The notes below the pieces were generated by a model. It ran no database searches. It saw nothing but the letters and a program-made list of their open reading frames with translations, and was not told the DNA's origin. Of a stretch of 25,248 nt of DNA, positions 1 through 8,555 are shown piece after piece. This DNA is from a virus (lineage: Duplodnaviria; Caudoviricetes). The stretch is taken from IMG/VR virus record IMGVR_UViG_3300050014_000250, positions 1 through 25,248 of that record; one strand, given 5' to 3'. Each line of letters starts with the position of its first letter. The first letter of the stretch is position 1. The position numbers and the translations under genes are program-made.

Positions 1-204
1 GCGGGTGCGGACCTCGCGCGTGCGAGCCTCGTGGGTGCGGACCTCGCGCGTGCGAACCTCGCGGGTGCGGACCTCGCGCGTGCGAACCTCGCGGGTGCGT
101 ACCTCGCGGGTGCGGACCTCGCGCGTGCGAGCCTCGTGGGTGCGGACCTCGCGCGTGCGAACCTCGCGGGTGCGGACCTCGCGCGTGCGAACCTCGCGGG
201 TGCG
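1..204 (+). repeat. Coding tandem repeat, 15/30-bp unit GCGGGTGCGGACCTCGCGCGTGCGAACCTC
   Basis: Near-identical units visible directly; encodes the pentapeptide repeats. Confidence 0.9.
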
Positions 205-288
205 AAGATCAACGAAGGGCAAGAAGCATCGCTGCTTGCGGCGCTCAGGATCGTGGTCATGAATACCAAAGCAACCAAGGAGGACTAG
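1..288 (+). CDS. Pentapeptide-repeat protein, C-terminal part (5' truncated)
   Basis: Frame 1 reads ([10 protein letters not shown])n, the A[D/N]Lxx pattern; stop TAG 286-288; open to window edge. Confidence 0.9.
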   Translation, partial: AGADLARASLVGADLARANLAGADLARANLAGAYLAGADLARASLVGADLARANLAGADLARANLAGAKINEGQEASLLAALRIVVMNTKATKED

Positions 289-289
289 C

Positions 290-1123
290 ATGAAAACATC
301 GAAGAAGGACGCACTGGCGACGACGGACGGGGCCTACCCGCTCGCGGTCATGGAGCCCGGCGCCGCGCTCGACATCGCGTCGATCGCATCCGAGCTCGGC
401 GAGGACCCCACCAGCCTCGGCATGCTGCTGTTCACGCGGGTCAAGATGCCGAGCGGCGACATGCTCGCGTTCCAGATCGAGAACCCCGACGACCCGGCGG
501 ACGCCGAGGTGGTCAAGGAGATCGTCGGCGTCATCGTCGCGCACCACGCGGTCAACGCGTACTGGGCCTCACCGATGGAGGAAACGGGCGGCAACACGGC
601 TCCGGACTGCGTGTCCCCCGACGGCGTGACCGCCCACGGCGACCGCGGCACCAGCCCGGAGACCGGCGAGCAGGACGACACGAGCGTGGCACATGACTGC
701 GCGAGCTGCTGGCTCAACGAGTTCGGATCCTCGCCCGACGGCGGCAAGGCGTGCAAGAACCGCCGCCACCTCTACATCCTGCGCGAGGGTGACCTGATCC
801 CGCTGCTCCTGCCCCTGCCGGCCACGAGCCTCAAGAACTGGCGCACGTTCGCCGTCAAGAGCCTCATGGCGCGGGGACGGTACTGGTACGGTGTGGTGAC
901 GCGCGTCGGCCTCGAGCCCGCTTCGAGCGCCTCAGGGGTCAAGTACTCCAAGGCAACGTTCTCCCTGGTCGACGTAGCGGGTGGCGGCAAGCAGCTCCCT
1001 GCGGCGCAGACCGCGTGGCTCAAGGGCTACGGCGAGAGCCTGCTCAGCGTGGTCACCGCCTACACACCGGCGATCGTGAGCGCCACGGCGACCGAGGCTG
1101 CAAGCGGCCCGGAGCCGTTCTAG
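290..1123 (+). CDS. Putative phage ssDNA-binding/annealing protein with Zn-binding motif
   Basis: GGAGG RBS; PDCVSPDG...CASCWLNEFGS...GKACKN motif seen in phage replication-region proteins; C-terminal PEPF tail. Confidence 0.55.
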   Translation: MKTSKKDALATTDGAYPLAVMEPGAALDIASIASELGEDPTSLGMLLFTRVKMPSGDMLAFQIENPDDPADAEVVKEIVGVIVAHHAVNAYWASPMEETGGNTAPDCVSPDGVTAHGDRGTSPETGEQDDTSVAHDCASCWLNEFGSSPDGGKACKNRRHLYILREGDLIPLLLPLPATSLKNWRTFAVKSLMARGRYWYGVVTRVGLEPASSASGVKYSKATFSLVDVAGGGKQLPAAQTAWLKGYGESLLSVVTAYTPAIVSATATEAASGPEPF

Positions 1124-1125
1124 CC

Positions 1126-1386
1126 ATGCGCATCGTGGTCGATGAGAAGGGGCGGCTGCAGCTGCCCGCCGACGTACGCCGTGACTCGCGGATAGAGCCC
1201 GGGTGCGAAGTCGACGTGAGCGCGGACGGGGAGAGCGTGATAGTGCTCCCCGTCCCGCCACGGTGCGCCGTGTGCGGCACACAGCGCGGTCCACTCGCCG
1301 AGTTCGGCAACGACCCAGTACGCTGCATCTGCGAGCGGTGCACCGACGAGATCGTGAACGTGTCATTCCACCCGACGAAGGGATAG
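1126..1386 (+). CDS. AbrB/MazE/SpoVT-family regulator with C-terminal CxxC..CxxC (AbrB_C-like)
   Basis: VDEKGRLQLPADVRRDSRIEPGCEVDV AbrB signature; CAVCG...ICERC. Confidence 0.8.
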   Translation: MRIVVDEKGRLQLPADVRRDSRIEPGCEVDVSADGESVIVLPVPPRCAVCGTQRGPLAEFGNDPVRCICERCTDEIVNVSFHPTKG

Positions 1387-1390
1387 ACCC

Positions 1391-1519
1391 ATGAAGGCGA
1401 CGCTCTGCGACCGTGACAGGACACCGATCATCGCAGCCGACAAGCTGCTCGCCGCCGGCCACGAGATGGAACTCGACTACATCGGCGGCATCCTGCGGAA
1501 GTGGAGCGCGGAAGCGTGA
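1391..1519 (+). CDS. 42-aa ORF, possible gene remnant ending in a DnaD-like YIxGILxxW motif
   Basis: MKATLCDRD...ELDYIGGILRKWSAEA; GTGA overlap with the next gene. Confidence 0.5.
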   Translation: MKATLCDRDRTPIIAADKLLAAGHEMELDYIGGILRKWSAEA

Positions 1520-1851
1520 GCACCATGCGCGTAATCCTCATCGGCTCGTGTGACGACTGCCCGCGCGTGACGTGGCTTGACCAGTCGAATCGCCCCGGCT
1601 GGGGTTGGTGGCGCTGCAATGGAGGATTCAAGCCGGGTCTCAGCTACGATGATATGCGGGCGCTCGGATACGACAATGCGTTCCTTGTGACGCGTCCTCG
1701 AAAGAGGAGCCGCAACCGTCTCCGGGATGGGCACCACGGCCTGCCGTCGCCAGTGACGCCGCCGAGGTGGTGTCCGCTCAGAACGATTGACTGGCCCATT
1801 CATTACGAGTCGTCGTCCATGCGGATACTCCGGGAGAAGAGGGAACTATGA
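1516..1851 (+). CDS. Hypothetical protein
   Basis: 4-bp overlaps at both ends; CDDCP...PRWCPL motif typical of small phage proteins. Confidence 0.6.
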   Translation: MSTMRVILIGSCDDCPRVTWLDQSNRPGWGWWRCNGGFKPGLSYDDMRALGYDNAFLVTRPRKRSRNRLRDGHHGLPSPVTPPRWCPLRTIDWPIHYESSSMRILREKREL

Positions 1852-2114
1852 GCCATCTAGCCTTCAAGGACGCTGGCACAAGCCCGTCGGGCAAGACGAA
1901 CCAGTGGGGCGTGTGGAGTACGGATGCCCGCGACGAGTGCCTAGGTAGCATTCGCTGGTACTCCCACTGGCGGCGCTACGTGTTCTATCCGCTTGGCGCT
2001 CGCCTGTTCGATGCGTCCTGCCTGTCAGAGATTGTGGCCTTTCTGAGCACGCAGACGTCAGAGCACCACAAGCGCACGAGCATGGTCCCGATTGTCGGGG
2101 AGGAGAAGGAATGA
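1848..2114 (+). CDS. Hypothetical phage protein
   Basis: ATGA coupling; LGSIRWYSHWRRYVFYP motif. Confidence 0.7.
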   Translation: MSHLAFKDAGTSPSGKTNQWGVWSTDARDECLGSIRWYSHWRRYVFYPLGARLFDASCLSEIVAFLSTQTSEHHKRTSMVPIVGEEKE

Positions 2115-2542
2115 GCGAGCGCATGAGCGACGAGCGGCTGGGTGAGCTACAAGCATGGCGATCTGCCAACACGCGTCTCGCTACCCCTCTGGATGACATG
2201 CTCGATTTACTGAACAGCATCGAGGCAGAACGAGAGTATGCCACGGGGCTAGAGCGGGCAGCGGAAGACCTTGAGCGCAGGCTGGCATGTCTGAAGCTCG
2301 CGCCTCCGTTAGTGATGCCTCCTGAGGGGAGCACACGCACGATCCGGAGGTCGCAGATGACTGATACCTGCGAGGGCTGCATCTACCATGAGCGGTGGAA
2401 CACTCTTCTCGGTCAACTAAGCGTGGACAACTGCTGCCTGCTTCCTGGTCAGAAGGTAGAGCGACAGCGTAGATCGGGCGAATACTCACCGTCGTACCCG
2501 TGTCGCTGCAAGGAGTTCGAGGAGGCAGACTATGACGAATGA
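2111..2542 (+). CDS. Hypothetical protein, possibly an in-frame fusion of two genes (second start at 2357)
   Basis: ATGA coupling; internal GGAGG plus ATG (MTDTCEGC) at 2346-2359. Confidence 0.55.
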   Translation: MSERMSDERLGELQAWRSANTRLATPLDDMLDLLNSIEAEREYATGLERAAEDLERRLACLKLAPPLVMPPEGSTRTIRRSQMTDTCEGCIYHERWNTLLGQLSVDNCCLLPGQKVERQRRSGEYSPSYPCRCKEFEEADYDE

Positions 2543-2565
2543 CGCCGTGAAGGAGGGCGGACCCA

Positions 2566-2874
2566 ATGAGTGATGGCAACGCTCGGATACTCGAAGAGGC
2601 CGTAGAGATCGCCGAGTTGAGCGGCGCTTCGATGATTCCCGGCAAGTACCGCAAGGCGCTAACAGAACTCACGAAAAGATCGGATGTCGTGCGGCTCATG
2701 GAACGCTGCGTCAACGAGGGGTTGACCGTCAAGTTCACCTACCCCAGAGATGCCGACGCGATGCACCAGTGGGGCGTCAGCGGTCGAGACGTGTGGGCAA
2801 CTGGGCGCGACCTCGCTGAGGCATATGTCCGGTATGTCCACGAGCGTCAGTACCGGGGTGAGGGCATTGCTTAA
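2566..2874 (+). CDS. Hypothetical protein
   Basis: AAGGAGG RBS, 102 aa. Confidence 0.65.
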   Translation: MSDGNARILEEAVEIAELSGASMIPGKYRKALTELTKRSDVVRLMERCVNEGLTVKFTYPRDADAMHQWGVSGRDVWATGRDLAEAYVRYVHERQYRGEGIA

Positions 2875-3181
2875 TCCCCTGACCGCCCACGAGCGTGTCG
2901 GTATGTGGAAGACCCTCCGGGGCGCGATGTGGTCCCGCGACCTCGACGTGCTTTGCTCCGCGCTCTATCACGATCACGCGGCACTCGCGGCGAGAGATGG
3001 ACTCCACAAGCTGCTCCCCAGCTGCTACTGCTGCGACTACCGCCGCGACAAGACGGGCGATTGCGACCGCACGTGCTCGACGTCGAAACTGGAGAAGTAC
3101 CCGAACGACGACAAGGGGCCAGACATGCCAGCCCCGCAGGGTTCCGGCTGCTGTGAAGGGAGGACCAAGGGTGGAGCCTGA
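2867..3181 (+). CDS. Hypothetical Cys-rich protein
   Basis: TTG start after GGTGAGG, overlapping the upstream stop; start uncertain. Confidence 0.5.
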   Translation: MLNPLTAHERVGMWKTLRGAMWSRDLDVLCSALYHDHAALAARDGLHKLLPSCYCCDYRRDKTGDCDRTCSTSKLEKYPNDDKGPDMPAPQGSGCCEGRTKGGA

Positions 3182-3470
3182 ATACGCACGCGATGTGGAA
3201 ACCGCGCTGAAGGAGGCTTGCCACTGGTCGCCGGATGTGCGCGACCCTGCTATCCGGATTCTCGCGGCTGAAATCGAGATGTGGAAGGAAGCCGCCGCCG
3301 AAAACGGCGCGGCGCTTGACCTCGCCTGCGACCAGCTCGTGGCCGAGTGCTACGAGGAAGGCAGCCCGGAGACGATGGAGGACTGGCGCGACCTGTTCAT
3401 GGGGCAGGTGGCGGGTGCGAAGCTCGTCATCCGCGACGCGCTCAAAAACTGCGCTGGCGACGAGCGATGA
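3171..3470 (+). CDS. Hypothetical protein
   Basis: GGGAGG RBS, GTG start, ATGA coupling to the next gene. Confidence 0.65.
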   Translation: MEPEYARDVETALKEACHWSPDVRDPAIRILAAEIEMWKEAAAENGAALDLACDQLVAECYEEGSPETMEDWRDLFMGQVAGAKLVIRDALKNCAGDER

Positions 3471-3588
3471 ATCCCTACTACGAGGACGACTGGGTGACGC
3501 TGTACCACGGGGATGTATCGGCATCGAACTCGACGAGCGCTGGCTCGAGATGGCTGCCAAGCGGTGCGCGCAGGAGGTTCTGCTATGA
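3467..3588 (+). pseudogene. Internally deleted N4/N6 DNA methyltransferase (only the ends remain)
   Basis: MNPYYEDDWVTLYHGD (typical MTase start) joins out of frame at ~3514 to CIGIELDERWLEMAAKRCAQEVLL* (typical MTase end); no DPPY or FxGxG. Confidence 0.8.
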
Positions 3589-3874
3589 GGGTCTACGTCG
3601 CAGGCCCCTACACTCACCCCGACCCGTGCGTGAACACGCGCAACGCGACACCAAGCCCTGGTCACTCGAGGTCCGGCTCACCGACGGCGAGGACATGTTG
3701 ATCTTCTCCACCAAGGATCCGGTGGACCTGTGCGACGAGTGCGCCGACACACTGCTCGGCATCCTGCGTACCCGCGTGGTGCTCAAGGACTCCAACCTCT
3801 CCGCTTTCACCGGCGTCGAGCCGGTCAAGCCGGTCGCCACTCCCAAGGCGCCGAGCACTCCGCTCGCGAAATAG
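3585..3874 (+). pseudogene. Chimeric remnant: DUF4406/DUF1937-like N-terminus joined to the C-terminus of another gene
   Basis: GGAGG RBS, MRVYVAGPYTHPDPCVNTRNA; from ~3647 a different frame reads DTKPWSLEV...VDLCDECADTL...*. Confidence 0.55.
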
Positions 3875-3930
3875 CTTGACGACGCTGCTCGCTCGGGGCG
3901 CATAGTCGACGGATACACGATGCACTTCTA

Positions 3931-3964
3931 CGAGGCCCTCCGCTGTGGGGGGCGGGGGGCCTCG
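3931..3964 (+). promoter_or_regulatory. 13-bp GC-rich hairpin upstream of the primase-helicase
   Basis: CGAGGCCCTCCGC / GCGGGGGGCCTCG (one G-U pair), 8-nt loop, no U tail. Confidence 0.5.
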
Positions 3965-3966
3965 AG

Positions 3967-6588
3967 ATGCGCGACGAAGGGGAAGCGGAGGCGACGCGGG
4001 TGCCCACAAGCTACGGCAACGACCAGGTCGACTGGGTCGAGTTCTATCGCACGCACGGAGTGGAGCGGATCAAGAGAAGCGGCGCCAAGCACACGGGACT
4101 GTGCCCGCTGCACGACAACACCCACACCCCCGCCTTCTGGTTCACCACCGACTCGGGACTGTGGAAGTGCGAGGCGGGGTGCGGACAAGGCAACCCCACA
4201 CAGTTCCTCGCGCTCAAGGACAACATCTCCACCGCCGACGCCGACCGGATCATCTGCGAGCTCGCCGGCGTGGACAAGACGCCCCCCGCACCGAAGCGCA
4301 AGGCTGCGCAGCCACCCTACGACGTGGCTGCCTACGCACGTGAGAAGGGGCTCGACGCGGCGAAGCTCGCCGAGTGGGGGGTGACCGCGTCTCACAACGT
4401 CGTCCTGATGCCCTACGCGCCGGGCGACGACAGTGGCGCGGTGCGCAAGCGCAACCGCCCCGCTTCTACACGACGGTTCGCCTGGGTCACGGCCAAGGGC
4501 CCGGACGGAGAGCAGCACATGACCGGCTCGATGGGGCTCTACGGGCTGTGGCTGGCGCTCAACGCCGGCGCGACGCGCATCGTGCTGGTCGAGGGTGAGA
4601 GCGACTGCCACGCACTGTGGTCGCTCGGGATCCCTGCGCTCGGCGTGCCGGGCGCCACCACCTTCCGCGCCTCGTGGCTGCCCGCCTCGGTCACCGAGGT
4701 CCTCGTGCACGACGAGGGCGACAGCGGCGCCGCGGCGTTCATCTCCCGCGTGGCCGCGGAGCTCAACGGGCGGGCCGACGTGTCGCGGTGGTCGACGCCC
4801 GGAGAGGTCAAGGACCCGAGCGCGCTGTACAAGGCACTCGGCTCCGACGCCGCAGAGCCCATCCTAGCCGCGATGGCGGCAGCCGAGCCGGTGGAGGCGG
4901 GGGAGGATGCCCCCGCGGGCGACAGCGCGGCTCTGCTGGCCTCTCACGGCCTCACGTGCCCTCGCGGCTGGAAGTGCGACACCAGCGGCGTGCACCACTG
5001 GAACAAGGAGATGCAGACCTCGACGCTGGTGACCACCACACCGATCGTGCTCACGGGCAGGATAGTGGACGCCGCCACGTCCCACGAGCGCGTACGGCTG
5101 GCCTTCTCGCGCGGAGGCAGGACACACGAGGTGATCGCCGACCGCGCCGACGCGTTCAACGCGCGCAACATCGTCGAGGTGCTCGCCCCCCTGGGCGCAC
5201 AGATCACGAGCGAGAACGCGCGCAAGATAGTGCAGTGGCTCGGAGCGCTCGAGCAGGCGAACATGGACAGCGTGCCTGTGGTGGAGAGCGCCCGCGAGCT
5301 GGGGTGGTGCGGCAAGCACTTCATGCCGACCAACGCACACGGGCTGCTGCTCGACCTGCCGCCGGGAGTGGAGGACGTGGTCGCGGCGTTCACGCCTCGA
5401 GGGGATCGGGACGCGTGGTTTTCCGAGGTCGGCGCCGCGCGGGCCAAGAGCTCGACGCTGCGGTTCATCCTCGCGGCCGGCGTGGCGTCGACACTGCTGC
5501 GCGCCACCGGCGGCCGGATCTTCTTCGTCTACAACTGGGGGAGCAGCCGGGGCGGCAAGACAGCGGCGATCAAGGCGGCGCTGTCCGCGTGGGGCGACCC
5601 GGAAGTGCTCATGACCACGTTCAACGCCACCGCCGTGGGACTCGAGCGCCGCGCGGCGCTCTTTCGCGACCTTCCGCTTGGTATTGACGAGCGCCAGGCG
5701 GCGGGCGGAGACCAGCGCAGCCTCGACAGCGTGGTGATGAGCCTTTCGAGCGGCACAGGACGCGTCAGGGGCGCACGTGACGGCGGACTGCAGGCACAGC
5801 AGCACTGGCGCACCATCGTGCTGGCCACGGGAGAGGAGCCGCTGTCTGGCTCCACGTCCAAGACCGGCGTCACGACGCGCGTGCTCGAGGTCTACGGATC
5901 GCCGTTCAAGTGCGAGGAGGACGCGGCACGCATGCACCTCACAGTCGCCGCGACCCACGGCCACCTCGGACCGGCGTTCGTGGACGAGGTAACGAAGATG
6001 AGCGAGTCCACCATCGTCAAGCTGCACGAGGTGCTCCTCGCCCACATCGAACCGTATGGACGGCAGCACGCGTCCTCGCACCTGTCCGGCATCGCCACAG
6101 TGCTCGCCGCCGACGTCGTGCTGTCCATGAGATTCTTCGGGTGTGACTACAAGACGGCGATGACACAGGCAGAGGAGCTCGGACTCGCAGTACTCGGCCG
6201 GGTGGAAATCAGCCAGGCGGGAGACGTGGACGAGGCGGCGTGCCTCTACATCGAGGACTGGCTGCACTCCAACGAGTCTCGGTTCACCACGCAGGCGTTT
6301 TCCACCATCCTCTACGGCGAGAAGCGAGTCACGGAGTGGCTCGTGTTCCCCTCCGCGCTGCGAGAAGCGCTCGAGAGTGCGGGGTTCTCCTACCGCAAGA
6401 CACTGCGGGCGCTGATGGCCAGAGACGCGGTCAAGCTCGACGCCACAGGTGGCTGCACGACGAGCCAGCGTGTCTACAACTCCCAGAAGCGGGTCGTGTG
6501 GATCGACGAGACCAAGCTCGGCGCCGATCAGGAGCCCACGCTGGACAACGCGGCGCTGTCGACGCCAGCGCCCGGCGACCCGTTCTGA
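3967..6588 (+). CDS. Primase-helicase: CHC2 zinc finger + TOPRIM + DUF927 (Cch-like) helicase; true start possibly GTG 4000
   Basis: CPLHDN...WKCEAGC; VLVEGESD...HDEGDSG...KDPS; Walker A WGSSRGGKT; Walker B LGIDE. Confidence 0.9.
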   Translation: MRDEGEAEATRVPTSYGNDQVDWVEFYRTHGVERIKRSGAKHTGLCPLHDNTHTPAFWFTTDSGLWKCEAGCGQGNPTQFLALKDNISTADADRIICELAGVDKTPPAPKRKAAQPPYDVAAYAREKGLDAAKLAEWGVTASHNVVLMPYAPGDDSGAVRKRNRPASTRRFAWVTAKGPDGEQHMTGSMGLYGLWLALNAGATRIVLVEGESDCHALWSLGIPALGVPGATTFRASWLPASVTEVLVHDEGDSGAAAFISRVAAELNGRADVSRWSTPGEVKDPSALYKALGSDAAEPILAAMAAAEPVEAGEDAPAGDSAALLASHGLTCPRGWKCDTSGVHHWNKEMQTSTLVTTTPIVLTGRIVDAATSHERVRLAFSRGGRTHEVIADRADAFNARNIVEVLAPLGAQITSENARKIVQWLGALEQANMDSVPVVESARELGWCGKHFMPTNAHGLLLDLPPGVEDVVAAFTPRGDRDAWFSEVGAARAKSSTLRFILAAGVASTLLRATGGRIFFVYNWGSSRGGKTAAIKAALSAWGDPEVLMTTFNATAVGLERRAALFRDLPLGIDERQAAGGDQRSLDSVVMSLSSGTGRVRGARDGGLQAQQHWRTIVLATGEEPLSGSTSKTGVTTRVLEVYGSPFKCEEDAARMHLTVAATHGHLGPAFVDEVTKMSESTIVKLHEVLLAHIEPYGRQHASSHLSGIATVLAADVVLSMRFFGCDYKTAMTQAEELGLAVLGRVEISQAGDVDEAACLYIEDWLHSNESRFTTQAFSTILYGEKRVTEWLVFPSALREALESAGFSYRKTLRALMARDAVKLDATGGCTTSQRVYNSQKRVVWIDETKLGADQEPTLDNAALSTPAPGDPF

Positions 6589-6595
6589 CGCGCTG

Positions 6596-7042
6596 ATGTG
6601 CCACCCACGCAACGACCATCTGATCGTCCGTCTCATCGCCGAGGGACGGCTCGTGGTCGACACACAGGGCATGGGGGCGCTGTGGACGCGTGATGGGCGC
6701 ACAGGGCGCGTCAGGCGCGCCACAGAGCGCGTGGAGCAGGCGGGCAAGCGCCCTGCCGCTGCGGAGTATCGCAAGATCATCGTCAGGATCGACGGGCACG
6801 TGAGGTCGCTGCGGGTCAACCGTATCGTCTACGTCGCCGCGTTCGGGCCCACGGAGCTCGAGATCGACCACCTCGACGACGACCCGCTCAACTGCGGCAT
6901 CGCCAACCTATGCGCGCTGACTCGAACCGAGAATCAGCACAAGGCGATGTGGGCCAAGTGGCTGCGCGACAACGGTCTCGGTCCCGAGGACGACGAGTGT
7001 GACGATGACGACGAGGATGCTGGTGACTATGCGCCGTTCTGA
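6596..7042 (+). CDS. HNH endonuclease (HNH_3-like) with acidic tail
   Basis: VNRIVYVAAFG...EIDHLDDDPLNCGIANLCALTRTENQ. Confidence 0.8.
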   Translation: MCHPRNDHLIVRLIAEGRLVVDTQGMGALWTRDGRTGRVRRATERVEQAGKRPAAAEYRKIIVRIDGHVRSLRVNRIVYVAAFGPTELEIDHLDDDPLNCGIANLCALTRTENQHKAMWAKWLRDNGLGPEDDECDDDDEDAGDYAPF

Positions 7043-7330
7043 AAACGTGACGTTATCCTGGTTGTTATCCCATACGTTATCAGTAGTGTTATCCCAAACA
7101 AGTCCAGTACCTGCAGATACTCTCTATGATAACGCCTGTAACGCCAAATCTGCAGACCGTCTACACGTGTGCGCGGGCGCGCATGCGCGCATACGGACGC
7201 GCGGGCACGCGACCTTTCGGGAATTCCCGCGTTATCAGCAACAACTGTCAACATACCCCCGCCGACCTTGCATTATTGGGATTGCGCGGATAACATATAA
7301 AAGGCGTTATACATATAGCCCGGCGGATAT
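7043..7330. promoter_or_regulatory. Probable replication origin with GTTATC iterons
   Basis: AT-richer intergenic DNA; GTTATC at 7052, 7064, 7076, 7088, 7231; inverted GATAAC at 7128, 7289; palindrome CGGGAATTCCCG 7218-7229. Confidence 0.65.
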
Positions 7331-7343
7331 TAGGGGGTTGAGA

Positions 7344-7691
7344 GTGGCAGCGGAAAGCACCGACGCGGTCGAAGGATTGTGTGTTCATCGGTTCAAAGAT
7401 GCAGAAGAGTTGCCGGTTCGTAGATTCAAGGAGGGAGAAGAGCTGCCCGGAGAAGTCCGCTCATCGAAGGGGATCAGGCAGCGGCAGGTCGAGGCGTTCA
7501 TCGCGTCTGGGGACAAGGCATGGCAGGTCAACATGTGTGGTGTGAAGTTCCCCGATCGAGTCCACACGGCGATACGTGGGGCGATTCGCTCCCTCGGGGT
7601 GTCCGGCGTATACCCTCAGATACGCGCCGGACAGGTCTACCTCGTGCGAGGTGAGCCCGACTATGCCGACCGCCGACGCCGCGCACTTTGA
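7344..7691 (+). CDS. Hypothetical protein
   Basis: GTG after AGGGGG; start uncertain. Confidence 0.55.
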   Translation: MAAESTDAVEGLCVHRFKDAEELPVRRFKEGEELPGEVRSSKGIRQRQVEAFIASGDKAWQVNMCGVKFPDRVHTAIRGAIRSLGVSGVYPQIRAGQVYLVRGEPDYADRRRRAL

Positions 7692-7962
7692 GCCGCGCGA
7701 GGTGCACCGCATGCGCTACGCGGCGGCTCTCGGGAGAGTGATCGAGGCGTACCGCCAGCCTGCGTCGGTGCGATCAGCCCACGCGAGGCTGCTGCGCACG
7801 CTGGTGGAGGAGGCGAGAGCCGAGCGGGTCAAGGCCACGAGCGTGTGGGCGTACAGCGACGACCCGATCAAGCCCGACGACCCGGCGCTCGCTCAGACGG
7901 ATGCCTTCTTCGGGACGATAGAGGCTGTGGCGCAAGGCGTCGCGGGGACTGTGCCAGCGTGA
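7663..7962 (+). CDS. Hypothetical protein
   Basis: GAGGTGA RBS, GTGA coupling to the next gene. Confidence 0.6.
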   Translation: MPTADAAHFEPREVHRMRYAAALGRVIEAYRQPASVRSAHARLLRTLVEEARAERVKATSVWAYSDDPIKPDDPALAQTDAFFGTIEAVAQGVAGTVPA

Positions 7963-8240
7963 GCGCGCAGCCTGAGGCGAGGATCGTGGCGGCCATCCTC
8001 ACCGAGCTCGGGACGATGGCGCACACGTGGGCGTTCAAGGTGCACGGAGGCCCGTTCCAGTCGGCCGGCGTGCCGGACATCATCGGGTGCCGCTACGGGT
8101 CGCTGTTCGCCATCGAGGTCAAGGTGCCCGGTGGCAAGGCGACACGCTTGCAAGAGCTCGTCATGCAGCGTATCAGTGACGCGGGCGGGCTGACCGGGAT
8201 AGCGACGAGCGTCGAAGAGGCGCTCGCCATCATCAAATGA
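7959..8240 (+). CDS. VRR-NUC domain nuclease (probable Holliday junction resolvase)
   Basis: E...KVHGGPFQSAGVPDII...FAIEVKVPGGKATRLQ, PD-(D/E)xK pattern. Confidence 0.9.
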   Translation: MSAQPEARIVAAILTELGTMAHTWAFKVHGGPFQSAGVPDIIGCRYGSLFAIEVKVPGGKATRLQELVMQRISDAGGLTGIATSVEEALAIIK

Positions 8241-8253
8241 AGGGGGCGAGGGC

Positions 8254-8394
8254 ATGACGAGGCTTGTGGTATCGAGGGGCGTGCCGTTCGTGAGCCTGGA
8301 CGTCGCGATCTGCGCGCTGATCGTCGGGGTGCTCATCGGCGTGTGGATCATGGCAATGCTGATAGGCCACGACGAGAAGGTGGCGAAGCGATGA
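8254..8394 (+). CDS. Small membrane protein
   Basis: Hydrophobic VAICALIVGVLIGVWIMAMLIG; ATGA coupling. Confidence 0.55.
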   Translation: MTRLVVSRGVPFVSLDVAICALIVGVLIGVWIMAMLIGHDEKVAKR

Positions 8395-8555
8395 GGGCTC
8401 ATAAGCGAGGACGAACCGTAGCGCCCCAACAGCTCGACGTAATCAGCAGCGTGCAGCGCGACATTATGGTCGCGATGCTACGCGAGGAGCAGGCGAAGGT
8501 GGCCGCCATCAGGCGTGCCAGCTCGCGAGAGACGATGGAGGGTGGTCACAGGTGA
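8391..8555 (+). CDS. Hypothetical protein
   Basis: 4-bp overlaps at both ends. Confidence 0.55.
   Translation: MRAHKRGRTVAPQQLDVISSVQRDIMVAMLREEQAKVAAIRRASSRETMEGGHR

Noticed and set aside
1-204. Possible CRISPR array
   Set aside because: Contiguous repeats with no unique spacers; in-frame pentapeptide coding
3876-3906. Sigma70-like promoter TTGACG...CATAGT
   Set aside because: 19-bp spacer and weak -10; possible but not supportable
4864-6819. 651-aa minus-strand ORF and other long antisense ORFs
   Set aside because: Shadows of GC-rich + strand genes; Arg/Ala-rich with no recognisable motifs
6999-7343. N-terminal extension of ORF 6999-7691
   Set aside because: Runs through the iteron/AT-rich region with atypical codons; GTG 7344 is more plausible
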